This document shows positions 40,483-52,197 of a DNA stretch of 64,000 nt, one piece after another. The stretch comes from Rhizophagus irregularis (Eukaryota). Below the pieces are notes generated by a model. It was not told the origin of the DNA. It was given only the letters and a program-made list of their open reading frames with translations, and searched no databases. A program made the translations under genes and the position numbers. The stretch is from assembly GCF_026210795.1 (NCBI RefSeq), contig NC_089429.1, positions 4,774,001-4,838,000 of the forward strand, given 5' to 3'. Numbering within the stretch: position 1 is the stretch's first letter; every line of letters starts with the position of its first letter.

Positions 40483-42936
40483 ATGACGATATTGAACCCG
40501 CTTCGATTTTTTAAACGAATATTGAGTGAATATAAAATGTCAAATAATAGCAATAATAAAAAAAACAATAAAAAAAATAACAAACAAAAGCAACAGAGGT
40601 TTCAAGAAGAAACACCTGACGAAGGATCTAATCATCAACGGGGAAGAACGGAAGAAGAAAGTAATCCGAATGAGACGAGTGACAAGACCAATAAGTCGAC
40701 TAGCAAATCGTCACCCACCAAGTCAAACAAACAAAAGCAGCAAAGGTTTCAAGAAGAAACACCTGACGAAGGATCTAATTGTCAACGGGGAAGAACGGAA
40801 GAAGAAAGTAATCCGAATGAGACGAGTGACAAAACCAATAAGTCGACTAGCAAATCGTCACCCACCAAGTCAAACAAACAAAAGCAGCAAAGGTTTCAAG
40901 AAGAAACACCGAGCGAAGGATCTAATCGTCAACGGGGAAGAGCGGAAGAAGAAAGTGATCTGAATGAGACGAGTGACAAAACCAATAAGTCGACTAGCAA
41001 ATCGTCACTCACCAAGTCAAACAAACAAAAGCAGCAAAGATTTCAAGAAGAAACACCTGACGAAGGATCTAATCGTCAACGGGGAAGAACAGAAGAAGAA
41101 AGTAATCCGAATGAGACGATTGACAAAACCAATAAGTCGACTAGCAAATCGTCACCCATCAAGTCGATCCTCAAATCTGCAAAGTCGACTAAGCCGACTC
41201 AAGAAGAGTCTGACGATGAAGTTATAGAAATTGAACCGCCAAATATTCCTAAAGGTAATTGAATTTTGGAAAATTGCTGATTGACATGTACGATAATTAA
41301 TAATTTTTATAGATCAACAAGAGATGTTATCGGAAATGAAAAAACGATATGGGAATATTCGAATTCCACAAAAATTCGTATTAGTGGTTAAAGACGATCA
41401 AGGTAATGAAAGGATGATCGATGACGACGATACTGATTTAGAAGCAGGTACGATTTTGACTTCATTCGTATAAATTCAGAATTATTCGTAAAAAAATATT
41501 ACTATTAATAAAATTCTTTATTTAGAAAATCTAAAATTAAAGAAACAAATTGAAGAAGTACAAGTAGAGAATGCAAAGCTTCAACGCGAAAATAACCGAT
41601 TATTCGACGAAAATCGTTTTTTGACTCGAATAAATGAGGCCTTTGCAGACGAGAATGACGATCTACGCGAAAGCTTAAACAGGTATTCGAGAATCCGTCT
41701 GCCTAAAGCCATTCATAGGCAGATGGATCTCGAACAGCCGGCAAAACGTCAAAAAAGAATTAAGACAAAAAAGTCCGAGCGATACGAGGAAGAATCGGAG
41801 GAAGAACGGTCTGGTTCTAACAATAATGATGAGTACGACGAAAAAGAAGCTAGGGTATATTAATTTTATTTGTCTGATTCAGTTATTTAAAATTGCAGTA
41901 TTGAGTAATTAAGTACCGGTTATCATTATTTGATTGTTATATTTAGGCTGAAATGAAGTCTATTTTGAAAACCATCGATGAAACTCGAGGACTAGATTAC
42001 AATGAAACGTTCAATAGCGCGAAAAATCTCAAGATTCGTCGTAAGCTAGTCCCTGAATTGCGTTCAGCCCTTGCTCCGTGTTTTCCCGCTTCGAATAAGC
42101 AACTTACAAAATGGTTGGGTTGTCTCCACAAGTCTCGTCGTTCTCATCAAAGATTAATGGATAGGGGAAAAGCCGATGAAAATAAACACCGGGTGCACTC
42201 AAACAATCGAGTACACGACGTTAGTAATGATTTATAATTATTATGCTGAATTTTATTCCGATTATGTATTGAATTTTATTCAAATTATAACGTATTTTAG
42301 AAGAAAATCCGCCGAATTAAGGCGGCAAAGAGATTATATAGTTTTGACGATGAACGGATAACAAAATATGATAAGCGTAGATTACTAAAGATGTTATCCA
42401 ATCGCTTATTTCATTCTCCAGAAATAAGCGAGACAGACGAAGAAGACCCAACAAAGTCCATAATCGCTATTTATGACTATTCGTGGAGATCTGATGAGGT
42501 TAGAACTTCTGAATCTTGATTTTTCAGACGAATCGCTGGATTTAATTTTTATATTTTATTGTTTCTTCAGCTTAAAAATTTGCTACGAAATGTACTCGAT
42601 GTACACTCGTCAAATAAGTCGAAATTAATACGCGAACGTAGATACGACGACGAAGTACAAAAATACGACCGACCACATCCGTCAAATGCTCCCGAATGGT
42701 CTTATATCGTACAACAACAAGATTTAATATTCGATACTGATATCGATCAGGGTTTAATCACTGAATATGATGAAGAAGAAGAAGAAGTTAGTAGAGGGAC
42801 AACACCAGCAACTGGCAACACCACCGAAAATGATGAAGACCATAACAAGGAAGGAGAAGAAAAACCATCAAAATCAACGGTCGGTGACAATCATAATAAT
42901 TCAGATTCTGATTTACATATGGACGACGCGCAATGA
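40483..42936 (+). CDS. Accessory protein of the CACTA element, 6 exons, ~690 aa, with 4 x 49-aa low-complexity repeats and a coiled coil
   Basis: Exons 40483-41254, 41313-41447, 41526-41854, 41947-42219, 42301-42498 and 42571-42936 join in frame with GT-AG borders and no stops. The start could alternatively be ATG 40537. Confidence 0.8.
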
Positions 42937-43079
42937 ACGAATCTGAATTAATTTGGTAGAAAACTTTCTTTTTTTCGTCAAAAATCTATATATATATGTA
43001 ATTAATATTCCAAATTATTAGTATTAGAATTTTCCATAATTCAAAATAAATTTGTCTTAATTCAGAAAAAAATTAATTA

Positions 43080-43760
43080 CAATTCGAAATAAATTTACTG
43101 CAAATTTACCGCAATTCAGAATAAAATTTACTGCAAATATACCATAATTCAGAATAAAATTTACTGCAATTCAGACGCAATTCAGAATAAAATTAACCGC
43201 AATTCATTAAATTTTTACCGCAATTCAGAATAAATTTACCGCAATTCAGAATAAAATTTACCGCAATTCAGAATAGAAAATTTACTGCAATTCAGATTAA
43301 AATTTACCGCAATTCAGATTAAAATTTACTGCAATTCAGAATAAATTTACCGCAATTCAGAATAAAATTTACCGCAATTCAGAATAGAAAATTTACTGCA
43401 ATTCAGATTAAAATTTACTGCAATTCAGATTAAAATTTACTGCAATTCAGATTAAAATTTACTGCAATTCAGAATAAAATTTACCGCAATTCAGAATAGA
43501 AAATTTACCGCAATTCAGAATAGAAAATTTACTGCAATTCAGAATAGAAAATTTACTGCAATTCAGAATAGAAAATTTACTGCAATTCAGATTAAAATTT
43601 ACTGCAATTCAGATTAAAATTTACTGCAATTCAGATTAAAATTTACTGCAATTCAGATTAAAATTTACTGCAATTCAGATTAAAATTTACTGCAATTCAG
43701 ATTAAAATTTATCGCAATTTATCAAAATTTATCATAATTCAGAATAAATTCACTGCAATT
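43080..43760. repeat. ~22-bp subterminal minisatellite, about 30 copies
   Basis: Unit gcaattcaga(a/t)taaaatttac(t/c). Confidence 0.92.
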
Positions 43761-46128
43761 CGGTAAATTTATGAATATATTTTTTTAAACAATTCGGATC
43801 AAAAATACTAAGCAATTCAGATACAATTTGGATATTCTGATCGGCGTCGATCAGCCTGCCAATCGGAACTTTGCCTAAATTAATAAATCGGCCATCTTTA
43901 TCACCAAATTCGGCCTAAAATCGGACATCCGATTTCTAGCCGATTTGGACTATTTCGACCAGTGTTATCAATAATTGCTAAATTCCAAATATTATTTTCT
44001 TGAATTAAACGTTTTGCTGGATTAGCTTTTTCCATTTGGGTATTGGCAAGTTTTCTTTCATGCCGATCTGTATGAGATGTCACATGACATATCATTAATA
44101 ATTGGTAAAGTGAACTTAGTAATCGTGGCTTGCGATATAAACTTGCTAAAACTTGAGGCAACCAAAGTTTCAAAGAAGGAAAAGCTAGTCCCGTTATCAT
44201 TGAGATAATAAATGTTACAATTTTAATTGTTCGTTCATTATTTATAGTAGAAAGTGGTTTTTGACGTTTTCTTTGCTGACGATTATTTATTTCCAATTTT
44301 TTTTCTTGCAATTTGTTAATTATTCCTGAAAAAATGAAGTAAGAAAGTTTGGAAATGCATCATAATACTTCTGGATAGTTTGTGGTAAATTTAAAGAAGA
44401 TTTTTTTCATTAATATCTGATCTTGAATCCTATAATTTTTTTCCAATTACACGTCCAAGTTCTTCATAATCATTAATTTTTAAATTTTGATTGTTTGTTT
44501 TCTTAGAAGACTTAATAAAAAGCATTTTAATTATAAATAAACTAGGTATTTGATTTATATCACTTGAAATTGATTTAGCTAAAGCTTGTTTATTAGAAAT
44601 TGGAAAAGATGTAAAAGGAATAAGAGCATTAACTAACGCTATTAATGCCTCATTTTTTATTTCTTCATTTTGAGCTTGTGAAAAATGAATTAACCAATTA
44701 CCCAAAAATTCAAGCCCTTTGCTAGTATCTTCTAAATGTAATTGTTCACAAGTATTTCCTTTTTTCCCCCTTCCTGGACGTTGATAAATATGTCCTCCAA
44801 ATTCTTCATAACATGAGTAACAAAGAGATTTTTGATTAATATTTATATTATCAAATGCTTGAACACATAAGGGACGGCATACTTTTAACGCTTTACAACT
44901 ATATTGTCCTATACATGGTACTTGAATATTATGTTCATTTAGACGCCAAGAATGTTGAGTACATCCTATACCTCGTGAAAAAAATGTTACATACTTATTA
45001 CAAGAAATACATCTACGCCATTGAATCATTCCCATCTCAAACTTTTTTAATTGTTTTTCTTTTGAATTATGTAGGTATTTATTGTCAAATTGAAAATGTA
45101 AATCACAAACACCCAATTTTTGTAAATTACCATCTACTTCTCTAATAACATCTCGATCCACTTGCCATGTCCCAATAAGATTACGTAATTGTCTTATATT
45201 TCCTTCTTTATTTCCACATCGTTGAAATTTTCCATCAAAAAAATCAATTACTACACATGCCGTTAACTCTTTTTGTTCTATATTATTTATAATTTCATCA
45301 AATTCACCACTATTATTATAAATGTCATTCTGACTCTCAATTTCACTTTCGCCTTCACTTTCAAGATCAAATTCATAATTATCTGAGTCAGAACTACTAA
45401 TTTCATCATTATCTATAAATATTTTATGCAAAAAACTTACATTACATTCTTCCAAGTCAATACAAGGATCTAAAAACTCATAGTCATCGCTTACATTATC
45501 ACTGTCTACATAATTATTTGACTCCTCTGAACCTTCTGTAAAGTTTTCAAAAAGTGAGTCAAAAAGATTATTATTTTCATGTAGCGACATTTGTAATAAT
45601 CAGTTTTTTAAATAATCACGAAAATAGGATAAAATAAAACGCGAGATGCAAGTTTTTGACGACTTTTCTTCATTGTACGAAGATAAAAACACCTTTTTTC
45701 TATCTTCAAGTTTCGATTATCATAGTATTACAAACTATGATGGAACATGATTTTCACATGTTTATATATTGGTCAAATTTGGCAATTTTTCGTCTACAAA
45801 ATCCATTTTTATGGTAAAAGTAGCTCAATAATTATTCGATCTTGAAAAAAATTAATATACAATGGCTTCAACATGGTGTGAAACTATGTGTAAAATTTTA
45901 GTACACATTATTATGTAAAATATTTTTTTTTGCATTAAAAAACGGTTTTATATAAAGTGATCGACACGCATGTCAATCATCTATTGAGCACAAATTTTAT
46001 AAAATTTTAATTCGACAGAAATTAATTTGAAAGATCAAGTGATTCAAATGAGGTAATAGACTATTGGTTTTTTCCTTAAAATTAGTTCAATATGCCGATC
46101 CGTGACATGACCAGTGATTGTTAAGCGT

Positions 46129-46625
46129 AAGTTATACAAAATAGTATATTTACGAATATTTTTAGTAAAGTGAGTTATCAAAATTACCTATTTAAGTAAA
46201 ATTTATGCGAATTTTTAAAATAAAATTATCGAGACTATATATTTAAGTGTAAGTTATACAAAATAGTATATTTACGAATATTTTTAGTAAAGTGAGTTAT
46301 CAAAACTACCCATTTAAGTAAAATTTATACAAAATTTCTAATATAAGAATTATCAAGACTATATATTTAAGTGCAAGTTATACAAAATAGTATATTTACG
46401 AATATTTTTAGTAAAGTGAGTTATCAAAACTACCCATTTAAGTAAAATTTATACAAAATTTCTAATATAAGAATTATCAAGACTATATATTTAAGTGTAA
46501 GCTATATGAAATAGTATATTTACGAATATTTTTAGTAAAGTGAGTTATCAAAGCTACCCATTTAAGTAAAATTTATGCGAATTTTTAAAATAAAAATTAT
46601 CGAGACTATATTTTTAAGTGTACAT
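46129..46625. repeat. ~123-bp subterminal tandem repeat (4 copies) of the outer element
   Basis: 'aagttatacaaaatagtatatttacgaatatttttagtaaagtgagttatc' at ~46129, 46251, 46375 and 46499. Confidence 0.9.
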
Positions 46626-47346
46626 TACACAAATCTGTAAATCTACAGATTTTTTCAAGATGTAAATTTTCGAGTATTATACATATTTGATGATTCTACA
46701 CTATTACTCGCATGATTTAACCTCCTGATGAAATTGAATTATAATTTCGCTTTGTAGTAGTTAAAAAAAGGGTGGAGTTTCTTCCAAATCATATAGCCAT
46801 GTAATTTAAAGACAAGAATATTGAATAATACAGTATGTTATAATCACAAAAAATAAAGCCATGGTACCTAAAACAAAATTATTATAAGCAAGAATTATTT
46901 AACTGAATGAAAACAAAATTTTTTTTTCTATTAAATTGCGTGAAAAAATTCAAATTAAAGTTGTTGTAACCTCTCGTTTTTGATTTTCTTATAGATATTA
47001 TATCAATTCGGTTCACCACTTAGTTTTAACCAAGAATAACGCTTTGTGATTTAATACTTTTTATATAGCCCTATTATTTCTAAATGACTAATATATTATA
47101 TGTTATTTTATAATGTAACCACTTACATATATTTGAAACCTATTCACTAAAACATTGTATGAATCATTCCAATTTATATTTCCTCATTAAATTTCTATAT
47201 TTCGATTGAGAATTAACCACGGCGTTTTATACGTAAAATAGTTAATCAACTCCGATCTTATACTCAAAATAATTAGTGCTTCCATTGTGCTTCATTTAAC
47301 TTGATTCTAACTTGTTATTGCTTTACTCATTTTCATATATTAATTT

Positions 47347-48131
47347 TGAATATATATTTATCCAGTACGGTATGAATTTGCAAACCTGTACGGTACGGTT
47401 GATCAATTTTTGTGATAATCATTTTGTACCGTACTGGTTCTATAATAATCTCTTTATATATAGAACCAGTACGGTACGGTACGATATGATCAACCATAAA
47501 ATTTAACCAACTGTACTGTACCGTACTGGCTCTATAATAATCTCTCTATATATAGAACCAGTACAGTACAGTACAGTTATTGTTTTAAATGGACATTTTT
47601 GGACATTAGTGTCCAAATTATTAAAATGAACATTTTGGACATTGGTGTCCAAATTACAAAAATGAACATTTTGGACATTGGTGTCCAAATTACAAAAATG
47701 AACATTTTGGATATTGGTGTCCAAATTATTAAAATGAACATTTTGGATATTGGTGTCCAAATTACAAAAGTCATGAACATTTTGGACATTAGTGTCCAAA
47801 TTATCAAAATGAACATTTTGGACATTGGTGTCCAAATTACAAAAATGAACATTTTGGACATTGGTGTCCAAATTATCAAAATGAACATTTTGGACATTAG
47901 TGTCCAAATTATTAAAATGAATATTTTGGACATTAGCGTCCAAATTATTAAAATAAACACTGGTGTCCAATTAATTATATGCTAAATGTACCGTATTGAT
48001 TTTCTCTTTATTATAGTGTCAGTACGATACGGTACGGTCATGTTGATCAAATTTTGTAATTTTATATATATGAGTGATCAACTGTACTGTACAGGTTTGC
48101 AAATTCGTACCGTACCGATTATCCTACTACC
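47347..48131. mobile_element. Non-autonomous Mutator-like element with an internal 36-bp minisatellite
   Basis: Absent from the duplicate (61821-61850). 9-bp TSD TATTAATTT (47338-46, 48132-40). Subterminal inverted repeat gtacggta(t/c)gaatttgcaaacctgtac(g/a)gtac(g/a)gttgatca. About 10 x 36-bp units at 47590-47970. Confidence 0.8.
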
Positions 48132-48417
48132 TATTAATTTCGTTATTAAATATTTTCGAATTAATTGAACCATTATTTTATCAATTTAACCCACATTATG
48201 AAATTGAGCGAAATTATCGTTTAAAGTTTTATATATATAGTAAAATTTTAATGATATACACAAACTTACCCGATTTTTCATGGTGCTTGGTGTTGTACAA
48301 CATGGTACAGAATAAATATTAAGTTTTCGTCCGAAAATAAAAAAAAATAATCCTATTCATTCTATTTTTAAAAAAATTATTATTTTTTTTTTTTAAAAAA
48401 AAAATTTTTTTGAAAAA

Positions 48418-49942
48418 ATGACGAGAGGATATTCATTAGAACAAGATTTAAGATTATTAGTAAATAATCCAAAGTACAGTGATGTAGAAATTTTATGTAA
48501 AGATGAAAAGAAATTACACGGTTGTAGAGAAATTTTAGCAGCAAGATCCGAAGTATTTGATAGATTACTTTATAATGGAATGAAAGAAAGTTATGAAAAA
48601 CAAATTTCTTTTCCAAAGATTAAGTCCGCTGGAATGGAAATTATATTAGAATATATTTATACAGGGTCAGTTAAAGAAGAATCTTTAACAAAAGATAATA
48701 CTGTTGAAGCTTTTTACGCTGCAGACTATTTTCAATTGTCAGACCTTCAAGATTTTATTTTGAAAACAGTTAAGAATAGTACTAATTTTGCAAAAAATTA
48801 TTCACCAGAATTACTATCCAAAATTTCAGAAAAAATGCCACTAACGGAAGATAATATTCTTCTTAATTTATTGGTTGAAGCAGCAGCAAATATTTCATTA
48901 AATAATATTGAATTTGGTCAATTGTCTATTACGGGCCTTAAATATCTTTTATCTTGTACATATGAAAAAGAAAACCCATTTGCAACTCCAGAATATGAGG
49001 TTTTTCGATATAGTGCTATTCTTGCAGCAAAACAAGTTTCTAATGATGCGCTCAAAATTCTTATGAAACAATTGCCAACATTAGAACAGTTATCAAAAAG
49101 TTGCTAAAGAATTAGAAACTTTGGTTAAATTTATTGATTTCAGAAGAATTAAACCTCAAATATTAGCTGATATAATTGAACCACTAGAAATTATCCCAGA
49201 TAAAATAATTTCTAATGTTTATCAATATGTAGCATTATCGAGTAATTTAAATTTAAATAATACTCGTGGAATATCAATTAATGAAATCTGCTATGATGTT
49301 TGGGATAAGTCAGCATGTGGATCAAAACTTGTTATTGAGGATAATGGAAAAATTGTATATGCACCAGATGGTTGTGGTTTTCAAAGCGTTAGAACTAAAA
49401 TAGTTTTAGAAGATAAAGGTATTTTTGAGTGGGATGTTATTATTGAGAAAAATTGTTCTGGATCTTGGGTTGGAGTATGTGCACCAGAAAATCTTAATTA
49501 TGAATATTGGGCAGAAGACCAACCTACTGGATGGGTATTGGGTTCTAGAGACTCGTAATTATAATAGCTATATAGTAGATTATTGTCCCTCGTTTGCTCA
49601 GTAAATAGTTTTTGTATGAATTTGGACCAAATGGGCTCATCCATATATAATTGGCTCTAGGTTGGCTTAAATTTGGATTATTTTTTGCATAAATTTGAGC
49701 TAATTTTGAGCCAATGAGCCCGTTTGGTATAAATTTAATCAAAAACTATTTACTGGGTTGGAGAAGATAGTGCAAGAATTACAGTTCATTTAGATATGAA
49801 TAAAAAAACTTGTGCTTTTATAGTCAATGGTAAAAAGTATCGAGTAGTATCAGAATGGAATAATTTACCATCTAAGCTTTATCCGGTAGTATCATTTAAT
49901 TCTCCTGGTCGCTTTCAAATTTTACCTCATCAAAAAAATTAG
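48418..49942 (+). pseudogene. BTB-SPRY pseudogene (chimeric-looking)
   Basis: ~44-nt frameshifting deletion at ~49091 relative to 13046..14452, a lesion near 49547-49558, and a MITE insertion in the SPRY region. Confidence 0.9.
49597..49757. mobile_element. 161-bp MITE, CACTA/CMC-like (CCC..GGG-type ends, 3-bp TSD)
   Basis: TIR C(T/C)CAGTAAATAGTTTTTG / CAAAAACTATTTACTGGG, TTG duplicated. Removal restores YCPSFGEDSAR. Confidence 0.9.
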
Positions 49943-50878
49943 ATTATTGAATATAAATTTTGTGAATAATAAATTTTTATTATAAAATTTTGAGTCATAT
50001 ATAATATGTATACTAAACAAATTATTAAGCCAAGAAAAATAAATTTTTTGATTTTTGTAATTTAAATTCATGTAACCTTTTATTAATATTACAAGAATTA
50101 TTAAAAAAAATGTGAATATTCAATATAATTATTTGATATACTGTGAATAAACATAATAAATAATTATATTGAATTAAATTATTAACTAAAAATGAAATCA
50201 TGTTAAAGCGTTTGATTCATGAGAATTTCATAAGATCCAAATTATGTTTTGATGCAGGAATATGATTATAAATGAAGAAGCTGAAGTATAATATTATTCA
50301 GCCTGCATATTTTAAATTGCAAGGCATTAGTACTTATACATACAATTGAAGTTTATTAATCTGTATACTTCTTTTCCTTCATCAGGAACTTTCACATTAA
50401 AACAGATATTCTCAAATAAGCCGTATGCGATATAAAATTATGTGTAGCCTACTATTAATTTTTTCTAATTTATTGCGAAAGCGCTACTTGAAAGAAAAAA
50501 TAATTATATATAGTATATATATTTTTTAAAATTGTGGTTAATTATAGTAAATTTTAATGCTGTATTTATTGAAAAAAAAGTTTTAAAGAATGCACAAATT
50601 TGTCAAAATGTAATGAATCACGTTTTATTAAAGAAAGTACTAAATCAATTATATTTATTAATCTTATTGTTAAGAAATTAATAAAGGTTCGTTTATTAAA
50701 TTGAATTTGGATAACACGTGCCCAAAATTTCACATCGCTGGGCCGCATTAGAATTTGGCCAGAATTGTGGCTTAGATAATTTTACCCATTCTTATCATAT
50801 GGAGGCGCAGCAAAAAAGTTCATATGATATACATGTGATGTATCCGATCAATGCATTTCTAAGTTTAGTACAACATAG

Positions 50879-52107
50879 TAGTGCTTCGATCCGTTTCTGT
50901 CTCATCCGGATAAATCCGGATGAATCCAGATTTTTTTTTTATCCGGATATCCGGATTTGACCCGGATTTTGATCCGGATGGAAAATATCCGGTTTGAACC
51001 GGAATCCGGATGAGTTTTCATATATATTTACTATATTCACGCAATATATCGCCATCCAGTAATCGTAGAAAGACGATTGATGGCTCATTGGAATCGTCGC
51101 ATCGAGAGCTTTCGAATGGTACTAAAATGAGCTTTCTAGCTTCGATAGGCGATGAGATAATGTTTAAAATATTTACATGAATAACTCGCCATCTATTGAT
51201 GCTAGAAAGGTTATTTTGGTACCATTCGAAAGCTCTCTATGAGTGGATTCTAATGATCCATTAATCATTTTTTTATGATCACTGGATAGCGAGTTATTGC
51301 GCGAAAACAGTTCTGACTAATTAGAAAAGAACTGTAAAATAGTTTTTTTTTAAATGTAAAATATATTTAAATGTTCTTTATTTTATTAACTTAAAAAATG
51401 TAAAAAACACCTTTTTCAATTCAAATATGAAGATAAAAAAAAATTTTAAAAAATAAAAAATTTTGCTAAATTGTTAGAGTATTTGAAAAAAAAAATACAA
51501 AATAAAAAAATTAATTATTTACTATTCTTCTCCTTAAAGTTTATTAAAAAAGCCCAGATTCTTATTAAATAAAAGCCATAAAGTTTATTTAAAAAAGCCC
51601 AGAGTTTATTAAAAAAGTCTGGATTTTTATTAGATAAAAGTCTTAAAATTTATTAAAAAAGCCTAGATCCTTATTAAATAAAAGCCATAAAGTTCATAAA
51701 AAAAGCCCAGATTCTCATTAAATAAAAGCCATAGTGTTTATTTAACAAAGCCACATACTGTATTTTATTAAATATTAATACATAAAGTTTAATTAAGTTG
51801 TAAAAGTTACAAAGTATAGCCATAAATTCTAAAAATTAAATTGATATTAATATCAATTTAATCCAAATTTCATAAAATATTTGTTAAAATTTTTTGATAA
51901 TAAATATGTTGGAATGCTATTCGATGTTTATTATATGGATCATCAACTAGTCCGCAGTCAAAAAAAATTTTATTATGTAAATCCAATCCGGATTCCGGTT
52001 TCCATCCGGATTATCTGACCCGGATATTAATCCGGATCAATCCGGATAAAATCCGGATTTTTTTTTGTGTAATCCGGATGACGGTTTTCATCCGGATCGA
52101 AGCACTA
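50879..52107. mobile_element. Non-autonomous hAT-like element, 1229 bp
   Basis: Perfect 15-bp TIR TAGTGCTTCGATCCG / CGGATCGAAGCACTA, 8-bp TSD CAACATAG (50871-78, 52108-15), many subterminal ATCCGGAT motifs. Confidence 0.92.
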
Positions 52108-52197
52108 CAACATAGTACAGAATAATATAAATATTGGTTCATTAATCCAAAATAAAATAAAGTTTACTTTTTTTAAAAAAAAAGGCTTCTTGAAAAA

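Larger units (their letters stand above)
34668..43964. mobile_element. Apparently intact autonomous EnSpm/CACTA transposon (CACTG termini), 9297 bp
   Basis: Perfect 13-bp TIR CACTGGTCGAAAT / ATTTCGACCAGTG, 3-bp TSD TTA (34665-67, 43965-67), two intact divergent genes, subterminal tandem repeats. Confidence 0.95.
32856..45590 (-). pseudogene. Academ-like DDE transposase (Cys-rich N-terminus, homeodomain-like C-terminus), split by the CACTG element
   Basis: Excising 34668-43964 plus one TTA restores AIIDN|IDFKEK. Motifs DNIDF, VADEAIY, LGQWH, SNY, FDEALETF. Stops or frameshifts at ~44430, ~44330, ~33640 and ~33508. Family assignment is by motif resemblance only. Confidence 0.65.
32313..46120. 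mobile_element. TTAA-flanked DNA transposon (~4.5 kb own sequence) with an Academ-like transposase
   Basis: Both ends read TTAA-CA(N6)-GGTCATGTCAC inward (32309-32331; 46102-46124). Encloses one minus-strand transposase-like gene. Confidence 0.65.
19518..46730. mobile_element. Plavaka-type (CMC/CACTA-related) DNA transposon, ~6.6 kb of its own sequence, inflated to 27.2 kb by nested insertions
   Basis: Imperfect TIR CTATCAGGAG-TTAAA / TTTAACCTCCTGATG with AA (or GAA) duplication. Joining the flanks recreates the empty site 'cctaataggaaatcgaatt' at ~61205-61223. Encodes a Plavaka-like transposase and a divergent second gene. Confidence 0.85.

Noticed and set aside
19518..46730. A single giant cargo-carrying element (Starship-like)
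   Set aside because: No tyrosine recombinase is visible, and the extra length is accounted for by nested elements with their own ends.
39272..47970. Tandem arrays (88, 22, 123 and 36 bp) as CRISPR arrays or coding repeats
   Set aside because: Head-to-tail units without unique spacers, located inside transposons. The ORFs at 47503-47985 are by-products of a 36-bp period.
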